The notes: a model not told the origin generated them from the sequence alone. Counted from the stretch's first letter, positions 1 through 9,246 are shown. The stretch is DNA of 64,000 nt from Bacillota bacterium (GCA_023512105.1 JAIMAE010000001.1:12803-76802); one strand, 5' to 3'. Made by a program: numbers and translations.

Positions 1-267
1 CGACAACAAGGCCCGCCGGTCCTCCCGCCAGACCCGCTCGTCCGTCACCACGTGGGTGGGGCCTAAAAGGGTATGGTAAATCTTGGTGGCTTTTTGTTGG
101 ACCGCTCGCAGGACATCCCCACCCGTGATCACCCCCACCAGGCGATCGCCATCGACCACCGGAAGCCCGCTGATGGTATGACGGCGCAAAAGCTCTACCA
201 CGTCGCCCACGGTGGCCTTCAGGGGCACCGAGATAACCTCTTTGGTCATGAGTTCCCTGGCGTACAT
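1..267 (-). CDS. CBS-domain protein, partial (3' end runs off the window)
   Basis: Hand translation of the minus strand from ATG 267..265 gives MYARELMTKEVISVPLKATVGDVVELLRRHTISGLPVVDGDRLVGVITGGDVLRAV..., a CBS-pair-like pattern. It stays open to position 1, so it is absent from the ORF track. Confidence 0.55.
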   Translation of the reverse strand, partial: MYARELMTKEVISVPLKATVGDVVELLRRHTISGLPVVDGDRLVGVITGGDVLRAVQQKATKIYHTLLGPTHVVTDERVWREDRRALLS

Positions 268-477
268 CGGTGTTCCTTTCTACGGCTGAAGTTGCGCGCT
301 CCTCGCGATACCCTCTTTAAACCCCTCGAGCCTCTTTTTCATTGTACCGTATTATGGAAGCCGGTCGTCTGCCCGAGCAAAGCCGACCCCGTCGCCCAAC
401 CCATCGGGCCATCAGGTCTGCCCCCCATCCCACGTCGCTCAGCGCCTGAGCCAGCCGGCCTGGCGCGGGGGTCAGCA

Positions 478-1335
478 CTACTCCTCGCGCGGAGGGCGAC
501 GAAATCCTTCGCCCACCACTTCGTGCACCGTGCCCACCACCACGAAGGCGCGCGGATCCAGGGCATAGATCAGCTCTTTCAGCCGCGTCACCTCCGACCG
601 GGAGACCACCACCAGCAGGATCGGCCGCGGCAGCCCGGAGTAGACGCCGGTCCCCTCGATGCGGGTCACCCCTCGCCCCAGTTCCCGCAAGATGGCTTGG
701 GCCAAGCGCTCCGGTTCCCCGGTGATGATGGTAAAGGCCCGCGCAAATCCTGAACCCTCTTGTACCAGATCGATGGCTTGACTCGAGATGAAGAGCGCTA
801 TCAAAGAATACATGGCCAAGGTGGGACTGAAGACCACCCCGAAGCCGGCGATGATGAAGAAATCGATGGCCAACATGGCTTGGCCCATGCTCACCGGTAA
901 GAGGTGGGTGAGAAAGCGGGCCACCACATCCGTGCCCCCGGTGGTTCCGCGGGCCCGGAAGACCAGCCCAAGCCCTACCCCGGAGAGGATGCCCCCGTAC
1001 ACGGTGGCCAGCAGGATGTCGCGGGTAAAGGGGTGCCAGCGCAACACCCCGGTCCACACCGACAACATGATGGTGCCAAAGAGGGTGCGGGCCCCCACCC
1101 TGCCCCCCCACAGGCGATGGGAAAGCCACAAAAGCGGTAGGTTGACCCCTAACAAGACCAGCCAAATCGGGACGCGCAAAGTGTAGAGCAGGATGATGCC
1201 GATGCCGGCCACCCCGCCGTCCGAGATCTGGTTGGGGGCATAAAAGCCGTTGATGCCAGTGGCGGTGATCGCGGTCCCCACCGCAATCATCAGGTATTCG
1301 AACCAAGCCGGCCGAAGCGTCACCCGCATGGCCAC
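478..1335 (-). CDS. YitT-family membrane protein (C-terminal DUF2179-like domain)
   Basis: ORF 478..1335. Several hydrophobic helices are followed by a soluble tail, TIITGEPERLAQAILRELGRGVTRIEGTGVYSG...VVSRSEVTRLKELI, which matches the YitT/YpjC-type architecture. Confidence 0.7.
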   Translation of the reverse strand: MAMRVTLRPAWFEYLMIAVGTAITATGINGFYAPNQISDGGVAGIGIILLYTLRVPIWLVLLGVNLPLLWLSHRLWGGRVGARTLFGTIMLSVWTGVLRWHPFTRDILLATVYGGILSGVGLGLVFRARGTTGGTDVVARFLTHLLPVSMGQAMLAIDFFIIAGFGVVFSPTLAMYSLIALFISSQAIDLVQEGSGFARAFTIITGEPERLAQAILRELGRGVTRIEGTGVYSGLPRPILLVVVSRSEVTRLKELIYALDPRAFVVVGTVHEVVGEGFRRPPREE

Positions 1336-1339
1336 GGCC

Positions 1340-2005
1340 TCACGCAGAGACCGCGCTGAGGCGGATTTTTTGCGGCAGGAGCGTCACCGCGGTCAGGCGC
1401 ATGGGCACCCAGGTGTTGACGCGCCGCAAGTCGAACACCGTGATCTCGGTCGGGACCGGCAAGGTCATCCCGTCGATCTCGGAGGGAAGAAACAACACCC
1501 GTTCCCGGTCGGGCGAGAGCGCCAGGGTACCCTTGAGCTCAAGCGGCACCGTTAGCTGCCTCAACCTGACCGAAGCCAGGAGTTGCACGGCATTGGGCGT
1601 CACCGACACCTGCGCCCCCTGGAGCGGTGCCTGGGATTGCAAGAAATGGGTCAAGGCTTGCTCGGAGACGGTGATCTGCACGACCATCTGGCCCCTTTGG
1701 AGGATCACCACCCGACGCTCTAAGAGCGCCGGAAACGACACCTGGCCTCCGGTCCAACTGAGGTAGACCCGACTGAGTTCAAACCCGGAGAGCTCCGCGG
1801 GAGCGGCGTCCACGGTCACCGCCTGAAAGCGCCCTTGCAGGAGCATCCAGAAGGGGATGGCGGTGATGGTGACCTTGGGGAGGTGCCCGCCGTTGCGCTG
1901 GGCCAAGGCCTCGGCCACCTGCGTGGCCATCCAGCGCGGTCCCCACCACTGCAGGGCGGCGATCACAACCACCGCCGCCGCCGTGAACCGCACCCACCAC
2001 TTCAT
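1340..2005 (-). CDS. membrane-anchored DUF2993/LmeA-like protein
   Basis: ORF 1340..2230 trimmed to ATG 2005 (MKWWVRFTAAAVVVIAAL..., one N-terminal TM). ATGA overlap with the prfB stop. The upstream part of the ORF is R/G/P-rich and lies inside prfB. Confidence 0.45.
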   Translation of the reverse strand: MKWWVRFTAAAVVVIAALQWWGPRWMATQVAEALAQRNGGHLPKVTITAIPFWMLLQGRFQAVTVDAAPAELSGFELSRVYLSWTGGQVSFPALLERRVVILQRGQMVVQITVSEQALTHFLQSQAPLQGAQVSVTPNAVQLLASVRLRQLTVPLELKGTLALSPDRERVLFLPSEIDGMTLPVPTEITVFDLRRVNTWVPMRLTAVTLLPQKIRLSAVSA

Positions 2006-3133
2006 TCCACCGGGTCCTCTTGCATCAAGGCTCCCCGGGCTTCGGCTTGCAGATACGCCTCGATAAACCCGTCGATCTCCCCGTCCATCACCGCCTGAAC
2101 GTTGCTGGTCTCGTGGCGGGTGCGATGGTCGCGAACAATGGTGTAGGGTTGAAACACGTAGGAGCGGATCTGCGAGCCCCACCCGATGTCCGCCTGTTCG
2201 CCGCGGATGGCCGCCATCTGCTGTTCCCATTCCCGCTGCTTGAGCTCGGCCAACTTCCCGCGAAGGATCTTCATCGCCGTCTCCCGGTTAGAGTGTTGAG
2301 AGCGCTCGGATTGGCAGGTGACCACGATCCCGGTGGGCAGGTGGGTGATGCGCACCGCCGACTCGGTCTTGTTGATGTGTTGGCCGCCGGCTCCAGACGC
2401 CCGGAAGGTATCGATTCGGAGGTCCTCCGGTCGGATTTCGATGCTGTCGTCGGCCTCCAAGTCGGGAATGACCTCCACCGAGGCAAACGACGTGTGACGA
2501 CGGCCGGACGCGTCGAAGGGGGAGATCCGGACCAAGCGGTGAACCCCCCGCTCCGAGCGGAGAAAGCCGTAAACGTGCTCGCCCCGCACCTCCACCGATA
2601 CGCTTTTTAACCCGGCCTCTTCCCCCGCCAGCTGGTCGATCACCTCAGCCCGATACCCGTGTCGTTCCGCCCATCGCAAGTACATGCGGAGCAACATGGC
2701 CACCCAGTCCTGGGCCTCGGTGCCCCCGGCTCCTGCGTGCAAGGTGAGAATGGCGTCTTCGTGGTCGTAGGGGCCGCGCAGGATGAGCTCCAATTCCAGT
2801 TCCCTCAGTTGCCGGAGGACCGATTGCCCCTCTCGCCACTGCTCGTTCATCAGGTCGAGCTCGCCCTCTTGCAGGGCCAAGCGATTCAACTCCCGCCAGT
2901 CGTCCACGGCTTGGCGCAGTCGCTCATACCGCTCAATCGGCTCTACAATCCGCCGCAGCCGCTTGGTCAGGCGCGCCGCCACCTCCGGATTGTCCCAAAA
3001 GTTAGGCCGCGCCATCGCCTCCTCAATCGGCTTGGCTGCTTCCTGACGCGACTCGGGGTCAAAGAGACCCCCTTACGCGGCCCAAGACTACGTCCAACTC
3101 CCGACTCAACGCTTCCAGATCGTCCCAAATCAT
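2002..3133 (-). CDS. prfB: peptide chain release factor 2, requires programmed +1 frameshift
   Basis: ORF 2002..3015 carries SPF and GGQ motifs (VRISPFDASGRRHTSF, SGAGGQHINKT). The N-terminal 24 codons (MIWDDLEALSRELDVVLGRVRGSL) start at ATG 3133 and end at an in-frame TGA. A +1 shift at CTT TGA C joins them to the long ORF. Confidence 0.9.
3059..3073 (-). promoter_or_regulatory. prfB recoding site AGGGGG-TCT-CTT-TGA-C (+1 frameshift)
   Basis: Minus strand reads AGGGGGTCTCTTTGAC. The SD-like AGGGGG (3073..3068) lies 3 nt before the slippery CTT (3064..3062), followed by TGA (3061..3059) and C. Confidence 0.85.
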
Positions 3134-3156
3134 GCCCTACCGTCCTCCTCCGAAGC

Positions 3157-5700
3157 CTATTGCGCCTCCAGCATTCCGTGACAGCGCTTGTACTTTTTGC
3201 CGCTGCCACACCAACAGGGGTCGTTGCGGCCGGGACGAGACGCTCCCCCGGCAATCACTTGAAACGGTCGCGCCGGGCGCATCACCTCGTCGCCGTGTTG
3301 TTCTTGGGTTACGGTAGCCACCGGCTCCATGGTCACCGGCACCGGCTGCGCAGCGGTCACCTGGAGGTGGAACAACACCCGAACGACTTCCTCGCGAATG
3401 GCACCCAACATCTCCTGGTACATGTCGTAAGCCTCGCGCTTGTACTCCACCAAAGGGTCGCGCTGTCCGTAGGCCCGCAAGCCCACGCCCTGGCGCAGCG
3501 CGTCCATGTCGTCGAGGTGCTCCATCCACTTGGCATCGACCACCCGCAGCAGGATGATGCGCTCGAGTTGGCGCATCGCCTCCTCCCCGATCTCGGCCTC
3601 CTTCTTGGCGTACAGCGCCTCGCCTTTTCCCATCAGGTATTCGGCCAACTCTTCCCGGCTCATCCCCCGGGCTTCCTCGACGTCGGCCATCCCTGCCGGC
3701 AAGAACAGTTCCTCCAAGCTCCGGAACAACGCCTCTAGATCCCATTCTTCCCGATGGAGGTTGGTGGGACAGTAGAGGGCGACGGCGTCGTCGATGACCC
3801 CGCGCAGCATATGCATCACGTCGTCCCGCAATGACGCCTTGGTCAGGATGTCGCGCCGCTGCTTGTAGATGACCTCGCGCTGCAGGTTCATGACGTCGTC
3901 GTACTGCAGCACGTGCTTGCGGGCGTCGAAGTTTCTGGCCTCCACTTTCTTCTGGGCCGATTCGATGGCCCGGGTCAGCATCGGCGACTCGATCGGCTCG
4001 TCCTCTTGCACGCCGAGGCGATCCATCAGGTTGGATAAGGTGGCGGCGGCAAACAGGCGGAGAAAGTCGTCTTCCAGAGAGAGGTAAAAGCGCGAAGAAC
4101 CCGGGTCTCCCTGGCGTCCGGCCCGGCCTCGCAGCTGATTGTCGATCCGCCGAGATTCGTGGCGTTCGGTGCCGATGATGTGAAGGCCGCCCATCTCCGC
4201 CACCCCTTCGCCGAGCACGATGTCGGTCCCTCGCCCGGCCATGTTGGTGGCGATGGTCACGGCCCCTCGCTGGCCGGCGCGGGCGATGATTTCCGCCTCT
4301 TTCTCGTGGTACTTGGCGTTTAACACGTTGTGGGGAATTCCCCGCCGCTTGAGCATTTCGCTCAGCCGTTCCGACTTCTCGATCGACACCGTGCCTACCA
4401 GCACCGGCCGCCCGGCGGCGTAGAGTTCCTCGATCTCCCGCACCACCGCGCGGAACTTTGCCGCCTCGGTCTTGTAGACGACATCCGGGTAATCCTTGCG
4501 GATCATCGGCCGATGGGTCGGCACCACGATCACGTCCAGCCCGTAAATCTTGCGAAACTCTTCTTCCTCGGTGATGGCCGTCCCGGTCATCCCGGCCAAC
4601 TTCTTGTACATCCGGAAGTAATTCTGGAAGGTGATGGTGGCCAAGGTCTGGGTCTCATCTTCGATCTTCAGCCCTTCCTTGGCCTCGATGGCCTGATGCA
4701 GCCCATCCGAGTAGCGGCGGCCAAACATCAGCCGCCCGGTGAACTCGTCGACGATGATGACCTGTCCGTCCTTGACCACGTAGTCGCGGTCGCGCCGCAT
4801 CAACGCCTTGGCCTTTAAGGCCTGGTTGAGGTAATGGGAGAGGTCGAGGTGGGCGTCGTCGTAGAGGTTGGGCACCCCCAACATCCGCTCCACCTTGGCC
4901 ACTCCGGCCTCGGTGGGAGCAACCGCCTTCATCTTCTCGTCGACGGTGTAGTCCACGCCCTCTTTGAGGTTGTTGGCGATCCGGGCAAAGGTGTAATACA
5001 GTTCGGTCGGGCGGTCGGCCTGCCCCGAGATGATCAGCGGCGTTCTCGCCTCGTCGATCAAGATGCTATCGACCTCGTCGACGATGGCGTAGTACAGCTC
5101 TCGCTGCACCACGTCATCGAGGCTCAGCACCATGTTGTCGCGCAAGTAGTCAAACCCGAACTCGTTGTTGGTCCCGTAGGTCACGTCGGCCGCGTAGGCG
5201 CGCCGCCGCTCCGGAGCCTCCATGTCATGCTGAATTAAGCCCACGGTGAGCCCGAGAAATTCGTAAATCTTCCCCATCCAGTTGGCGTCCCGGCGAGCCA
5301 AATAATCGTTGACGGTCACCACGTGGACGCCGCGACCGAGCAAGGCGTTGAGGTAGACAGGGAGGGTGGCCACCAAGGTCTTACCTTCTCCGGTCTTCAT
5401 CTCGGCGATCCGGCCCTCGTGCAGCACCATGCCTCCGATCAGCTGGACGTCGAAATGGCGCATGTTCAGGACCCGGCGGGAGGCCTCCCGCACCACCGCA
5501 AACGCCTCCGGCAGCAGGTCCTCCAACGTCTCGCCCTTGGCCAGCCGCTCTTTAAATTCGTCGGTTTGATGGCGCAGCGCGTCATCCGACAAGCTCTGCA
5601 TCTTTGGTTCGAGACGGTTGATTTCCTCCACCACCGCCCGATAGCGGCGGAGTTCCCGCTCACTAAATCGATTGACCCAAGCCGACAAGAGCTTCAGCAT
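3157..5700 (-). CDS. secA: preprotein translocase ATPase SecA
   Basis: ORF 3157..5718. Motifs: MKTGEGKTL Walker [20 protein letters not shown], and a C-terminal Zn motif [14 protein letters not shown]. Start set at ATG 5700 (MLKLLSAWV...) with GGAGGG 9 nt upstream. Confidence 0.95.
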   Translation of the reverse strand: MLKLLSAWVNRFSERELRRYRAVVEEINRLEPKMQSLSDDALRHQTDEFKERLAKGETLEDLLPEAFAVVREASRRVLNMRHFDVQLIGGMVLHEGRIAEMKTGEGKTLVATLPVYLNALLGRGVHVVTVNDYLARRDANWMGKIYEFLGLTVGLIQHDMEAPERRRAYAADVTYGTNNEFGFDYLRDNMVLSLDDVVQRELYYAIVDEVDSILIDEARTPLIISGQADRPTELYYTFARIANNLKEGVDYTVDEKMKAVAPTEAGVAKVERMLGVPNLYDDAHLDLSHYLNQALKAKALMRRDRDYVVKDGQVIIVDEFTGRLMFGRRYSDGLHQAIEAKEGLKIEDETQTLATITFQNYFRMYKKLAGMTGTAITEEEEFRKIYGLDVIVVPTHRPMIRKDYPDVVYKTEAAKFRAVVREIEELYAAGRPVLVGTVSIEKSERLSEMLKRRGIPHNVLNAKYHEKEAEIIARAGQRGAVTIATNMAGRGTDIVLGEGVAEMGGLHIIGTERHESRRIDNQLRGRAGRQGDPGSSRFYLSLEDDFLRLFAAATLSNLMDRLGVQEDEPIESPMLTRAIESAQKKVEARNFDARKHVLQYDDVMNLQREVIYKQRRDILTKASLRDDVMHMLRGVIDDAVALYCPTNLHREEWDLEALFRSLEELFLPAGMADVEEARGMSREELAEYLMGKGEALYAKKEAEIGEEAMRQLERIILLRVVDAKWMEHLDDMDALRQGVGLRAYGQRDPLVEYKREAYDMYQEMLGAIREEVVRVLFHLQVTAAQPVPVTMEPVATVTQEQHGDEVMRPARPFQVIAGGASRPGRNDPCWCGSGKKYKRCHGMLEAQ

Positions 5701-5727
5701 CTCGGCGACGCCCTCCAATCAACACGC

Positions 5728-5751
5728 AAAAGGAACCTTCACCGGTTCCTT
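5728..5751 (-). terminator. hairpin plus U-rich tract between the HD-GYP gene and secA (terminator or secA leader attenuator)
   Basis: Minus strand reads AAAGGAACC-GGTGAA-GGTTCCTTT followed by TGCGTGTTGATT. The stem is 9 bp. Confidence 0.4.
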
Positions 5752-5771
5752 TCCCTAAAACCCGTTCTAAA

Positions 5772-5800
5772 ATTTTATCACGCCCCACGTCCCCCTTCAA
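5772..5800 (-). promoter_or_regulatory. sigma-A-type promoter upstream of secA
   Basis: Minus strand has TTGAAG (5800..5795), a 17 nt spacer, then TAAAAT (5777..5772), preceded by TGA (extended -10). Confidence 0.45.
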
Positions 5801-5838
5801 CCGGACGCAGGGACAATCCGCCAGATATTGGTAAGACG

Positions 5839-7140
5839 TCAAGTCCCCCCGGAGGCCACCTGCCAGGTCCACCCCTTGCCCGGCCTGGCCACAGCCTCCA
5901 AATCCACCGTATGGGTCAGGGCGATAAAATGCTGGACCACCTCCGGGTCCAACTGGGTTCCCGCCACCCGCTGCAACTCGGCCAGTGCCTGCTCGTGGCT
6001 CATCGCCTGGCGATACGGACGGTCAGAGGTCATGGCGTCATAGGCGTCGACCACCATGATGATTCGGGTCTCGATGGCTATTTCGCACGCCAGCTGGCGC
6101 GACGGATAACCATTGCCATCGTATCGCTCGTGGTGGTGCAGCACCCACTCCCGAGCGCAGCCCAGCAGCTCCACCTGGGCCAAGATGGTCTCGCCGGCCA
6201 CCGGATGAAGCTGCATCACCCGCCGCTCCGTCGGCGTCAAATGCCCCGGCTTGAGCAGGATGCGGTCTGGCGTGGCCAACTTGCCCACGTCGTGAAGACG
6301 TCCGGCGTCGCCCACGGCTTCCACCCGGTCCTCGGGGAGCCCCATGTAACGCGCCAAAAGCTCGGCGTAACGCCCCACCCGCACCGAGTGGGAATAGGTA
6401 TACGGGTCTTTGGCGTCCAGTGCCGCCAGCAACACCTCCACCCCTCGCCGGTAGGCCTTGCGGGCCTCGATCAACAGGCTAAAGATCCACCGGCTCTGAA
6501 CCAACGGCAACAAAAACAGCAACTCCGGCCAAGCGCCGGCCCAGCGATATATCGAGGCCATGATGTAGCCGATGGGGAGCATCACGAAATAGTTGACGGT
6601 GCCCCAGGCCATGTGCACCCGCCACACCTCGAGCACCGAGCGGCGCTGCCGCAGGGCCACCGCAATCGCCACCAGGGCCATGTTCAGCACAAACACCGCC
6701 AAGGCGGAAAGCGCCAGCGGCAAGCTTACTTGAGCGAGGGAGAGGTGTTCTAAGGAGCCTCCCAAGAGGTGGAAGAGCTCACCCGACAGCCAACCTAAGA
6801 TGGCGTACTGCGCCCGGTTAAACAGGACAGAGGGCCATTTGACTTTGCCTGTGACCTCGCGGATGGTGACGGCTCCAAGGGCACCCAGCCATGCCCCTGC
6901 CCCAGGACCTAATATGACCCCAGCCGAGAAGACCACCGGCAGGCAGACCGCTATCATCAAATTGCCGCGCAAGCTAACAACCGAATAGAGGCCGGAGACC
7001 AAAACGGCGACGTAGAAAATGCCCAACGTCGAGAGCGGACCAACAGGGTGAAACCACAGGAGAATGATCGCGGCCACCACTTCAACCGCAGCCATGTACG
7101 CAATCATGGCCTTCGGATAGGTCCGCTGATCCAATTCCAT
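5839..7140 (-). CDS. HD-GYP domain phosphohydrolase with multi-TM N-terminal domain (probable c-di-GMP phosphodiesterase)
   Basis: ORF 5839..7191. Motifs: RLHDVGKL (HD) and HHERYDGNGYP (GYP). The N-terminal half is hydrophobic. Start set at ATG 7140 (MELDQ...) after GGAGGGGGG. Confidence 0.8.
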   Translation of the reverse strand: MELDQRTYPKAMIAYMAAVEVVAAIILLWFHPVGPLSTLGIFYVAVLVSGLYSVVSLRGNLMIAVCLPVVFSAGVILGPGAGAWLGALGAVTIREVTGKVKWPSVLFNRAQYAILGWLSGELFHLLGGSLEHLSLAQVSLPLALSALAVFVLNMALVAIAVALRQRRSVLEVWRVHMAWGTVNYFVMLPIGYIMASIYRWAGAWPELLFLLPLVQSRWIFSLLIEARKAYRRGVEVLLAALDAKDPYTYSHSVRVGRYAELLARYMGLPEDRVEAVGDAGRLHDVGKLATPDRILLKPGHLTPTERRVMQLHPVAGETILAQVELLGCAREWVLHHHERYDGNGYPSRQLACEIAIETRIIMVVDAYDAMTSDRPYRQAMSHEQALAELQRVAGTQLDPEVVQHFIALTHTVDLEAVARPGKGWTWQVASGGT

Positions 7141-7237
7141 GCGCTTCCCCCCTCCGCTCGCTTTCCCCAGCGAGTATAGCCGCCTCCCCAAGGATAATGA
7201 CCGCCGCGCCGGTGTGTAATAAGCCCTCGCAGGCTAC

Positions 7238-7312
7238 TTAGTCCAAGAACCAGCCGGTGCCGGTGACGATGACATCCACCAAGCCGCTCAAGAGCGCCCG
7301 GAGTCCCTTCAT
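7238..7312 (-). CDS. candidate 24-aa hydrophobic micro-protein
   Basis: Hand-read: AAGGAGGA (7328..7321), 8 nt, then ATG 7312. Translation is MKGLRALLSGLVDVIVTGTGWFLD, ending at TAA 7240..7238. Too short for the ORF track. Confidence 0.3.
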   Translation of the reverse strand: MKGLRALLSGLVDVIVTGTGWFLD

Positions 7313-7442
7313 GCGGGCAATCCTCCTTGCCGGATTGCCTCGAGGCAGCTTCCGCTATCGCGCTGCGCTTCGGTATCTCCGCTCAGGGATCCAGTCGCGG
7401 CGGTCTAAACTCTGTTAAATTTTCAAACTGTCAATCGGGAAC

Positions 7443-8093
7443 CTAAAACTGTAACTCGGCGCCTAACACGGCGCGAATGACCGCCTCCTCGATCGGGATG
7501 GCGTCACTGACGGCACAGCCACTGGCCACGTGGTCGCTTCCTACGGAAATCGTGGCCACCACCACCGGCACCCCGCCGACCAACACCTCGGCAACTCCGC
7601 ACAGGCGCCGACTGTGCCCCTGCCCCTGTCCGCGATTAATCGCCTCTACCGCCGCCGAAGCCATCGCCTCCAGCGCGGTGGGGGCGGTGGCGTGCCCCGT
7701 CCAGCTCATCCCCCCCGACACCAGTCGGCACTCGGCGCGGATGCCTTCGCCTCCGTGACTGACCGCGTAGCCGGCAACTTCCAACTTCGAGCCCGCGTCC
7801 GGTTCCATGGAGAAACGGGGAACGTGGGCGATGGAAATCAATCCCGGATCGACGTCCAGCCACCCGCTACTCCGCAGGGCCGACACCACCTCCCTCAAGA
7901 AACGGGCTGGCTGAGGATGAACGTCGGCCACCATCTGGACCCGCGGCTTCCCGTCGGGGCCTGGGTCAACCTGAACCCAACGGACCCCCGGCATTCTTTG
8001 CAAAATCGCGGCATAATCCTGCCAGGGACTGGGTCCCCTTCCTTGATTAGGCATGGCCATCCATTCGACGCGATTTACCAAAATTCCTGCCAT
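7443..8093 (-). CDS. hypothetical protein (start uncertain)
   Basis: ORF 7443..8156. G/C-rich third positions appear from about codon 55 onward. The first ATG after the hpf terminator is 8093. No convincing SD and no family recognised. Confidence 0.45.
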   Translation of the reverse strand: MAGILVNRVEWMAMPNQGRGPSPWQDYAAILQRMPGVRWVQVDPGPDGKPRVQMVADVHPQPARFLREVVSALRSSGWLDVDPGLISIAHVPRFSMEPDAGSKLEVAGYAVSHGGEGIRAECRLVSGGMSWTGHATAPTALEAMASAAVEAINRGQGQGHSRRLCGVAEVLVGGVPVVVATISVGSDHVASGCAVSDAIPIEEAVIRAVLGAELQF

Positions 8094-8095
8094 CG

Positions 8096-8124
8096 AAAAA
8101 TCGCCGGGGAGATTTTCTCCCCGG
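8096..8124 (-). terminator. intrinsic terminator after hpf
   Basis: Minus strand reads CCGGGGAGA-AAA-TCTCCCCGG followed by CGATTTTTCG. Confidence 0.7.
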
Positions 8125-8152
8125 CATCTGACTAAGCTTTTTTTCGGCCCGT

Positions 8153-8662
8153 TCACCGAGGCTCTAGCAACCCGAGATTGCCGTCCCTGCGCCGGTAAAG
8201 GATGTTGATGGCGTCGTTTTCCGCGTTCTGAAAGGCAAAAAAGTCGTGTCCCAGCAACTCCATTTGCAGCACCGCCTCGTCCACGGTCATCGGCTTGACC
8301 GGGAAGGACTTGCGTCGGACCACCGGAACGCTCAGCGTCCCGTTGGCGGTGGCGTTGGCCTCTTCGGCGGAATGGCGGCGCTTCAGGCGCGTCTTCAGCT
8401 TGTCCAGCTGCTTTTCCAACTTGTCCACCACCAAATCGATCGAGGCGTACATGTCCTCGTTGGCCTCTTCCCCGCGCAAGAGTCGACCGCCCTCGAGGGG
8501 AATGGTCACCTCAACGATTTGACGGTTCTTCTCCACCGACAACACCGCAGTCGCAGTCATCGGGTGGTCAAAGTGTTTAGCCAGCTTGCTGAGCTTGCGA
8601 CTGGCGTATTCCTTTAGCGCCTCAGTCACTTCCACGTTTTTGCCGCGAACGATGACGTCCAT
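8153..8662 (-). CDS. hpf: ribosome hibernation promoting factor (long HPF)
   Basis: ORF 8153..8662. MDVIVRGKNVEVTEALKEYASRKLSKL... matches the S30AE N-domain, and the C-terminal dimerisation domain reads KPMTVDEAVLQMELLGHDFFAFQN. Confidence 0.9.
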   Translation of the reverse strand: MDVIVRGKNVEVTEALKEYASRKLSKLAKHFDHPMTATAVLSVEKNRQIVEVTIPLEGGRLLRGEEANEDMYASIDLVVDKLEKQLDKLKTRLKRRHSAEEANATANGTLSVPVVRRKSFPVKPMTVDEAVLQMELLGHDFFAFQNAENDAINILYRRRDGNLGLLEPR

Positions 8663-8794
8663 CTAAGATCGCTCCTTTTGGCCGGTGCGCGAGGACCGGC
8701 AGCAATTCCCAACCCTGGCCGTCAGGCCAGCGGGCCCAAATCGGCTTTGAGCCCCTCCCACTTCATTATACGGCGGTGCCGCCCCCCGCTGTCC

Positions 8795-8823
8795 AAAAAA
8801 AGGGTCGGCTCTCAGCCGACCCC
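8795..8823 (-). terminator. intrinsic terminator after csp
   Basis: Minus strand reads GGGTCGGCT-GAGA-GCCGACCC followed by TTTTTTT. Confidence 0.75.
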
Positions 8824-8861
8824 TCAAAGAGGCGTTGCACGTAAAACTGCCTGGGCGCTTC

Positions 8862-9059
8862 CTAAAGGCGGACGACGTTGGCTGCCTGGGGCCCCCGGTC
8901 ACCCTCGACGATGTCAAACTGCACCCGCTCTCCTTCGTTGAGCGTGCGAAAACCTTGTCCATGGATGGCACTGTAGTGTACGAACACGTCGCCGCCGTCT
9001 TCCCGCTCCAAAAACCCGTAACCCTTCTCGGCGCTGAACCACTTTACGCGACCGGTCAT
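8862..9059 (-). CDS. csp: cold-shock protein (CspA family)
   Basis: ORF 8862..9062. Contains RNP motifs, [35 protein letters not shown] 9059 lies 10 nt after AAAGGAG. Confidence 0.9.
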   Translation of the reverse strand: MTGRVKWFSAEKGYGFLEREDGGDVFVHYSAIHGQGFRTLNEGERVQFDIVEGDRGPQAANVVRL

Positions 9060-9115
9060 CAAAACGAATCTCCTTTCTCTGGCCCCTCTAAGCTCTCGTC
9101 GAGTGACCGGGCTCC

Positions 9116-9144
9116 ACTATAACATCCTGGTCAGGAAAAGTCAA
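9116..9144 (-). promoter_or_regulatory. sigma-A-type promoter of csp
   Basis: Minus strand has TTGACT (9144..9139), a 17 nt spacer, then TATAGT (9121..9116), with TGT directly upstream (extended -10). Confidence 0.55.
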
Positions 9145-9172
9145 ACAATCAGCTGTCCACCGCCCCAGTTCC

Positions 9173-9246
9173 TGTGGATAACGTGGATAACTCTGTTGAT
9201 AACAGGATTCTCAAGGGGGAGAGCTGGGGATAACTGCTGTGGATAC
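9173..9246 (-). promoter_or_regulatory. cluster of five co-oriented DnaA-box-like 9-mers
   Basis: Plus strand: TGTGGATAA 9173-9181 is a perfect complement of TTATCCACA. Four more have one mismatch each: CGTGGATAA 9182-9190, TGTTGATAA 9194-9202, TGGGGATAA 9225-9233, TGTGGATAC 9238-9246. Confidence 0.6.

Noticed and set aside
317-1306. Long overlapping or antisense ORFs throughout the window. Examples: 317..1306, 2659..3738, 5323..6753, 16339..17541, 17238..18362, 20117..21673, 22323..23132, 44395..45429, 54596..56137, 59161..60117.
   Set aside because: They are Arg/Gly/Pro/His-rich, lack RBSs, and lie in alternative frames or on the opposite strand of genes with unmistakable motifs. These are typical shadow ORFs of GC-rich DNA.
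8663-8794. A standard sigma-A promoter or raiA-type RNA motif upstream of hpf.
   Set aside because: A perfect TATAAT (8770..8765) exists, but the best -35 (TTGGAC) is 20 nt away. The ~95-nt leader has two 6-bp hairpins but is too short for the raiA motif. It was left uncalled.
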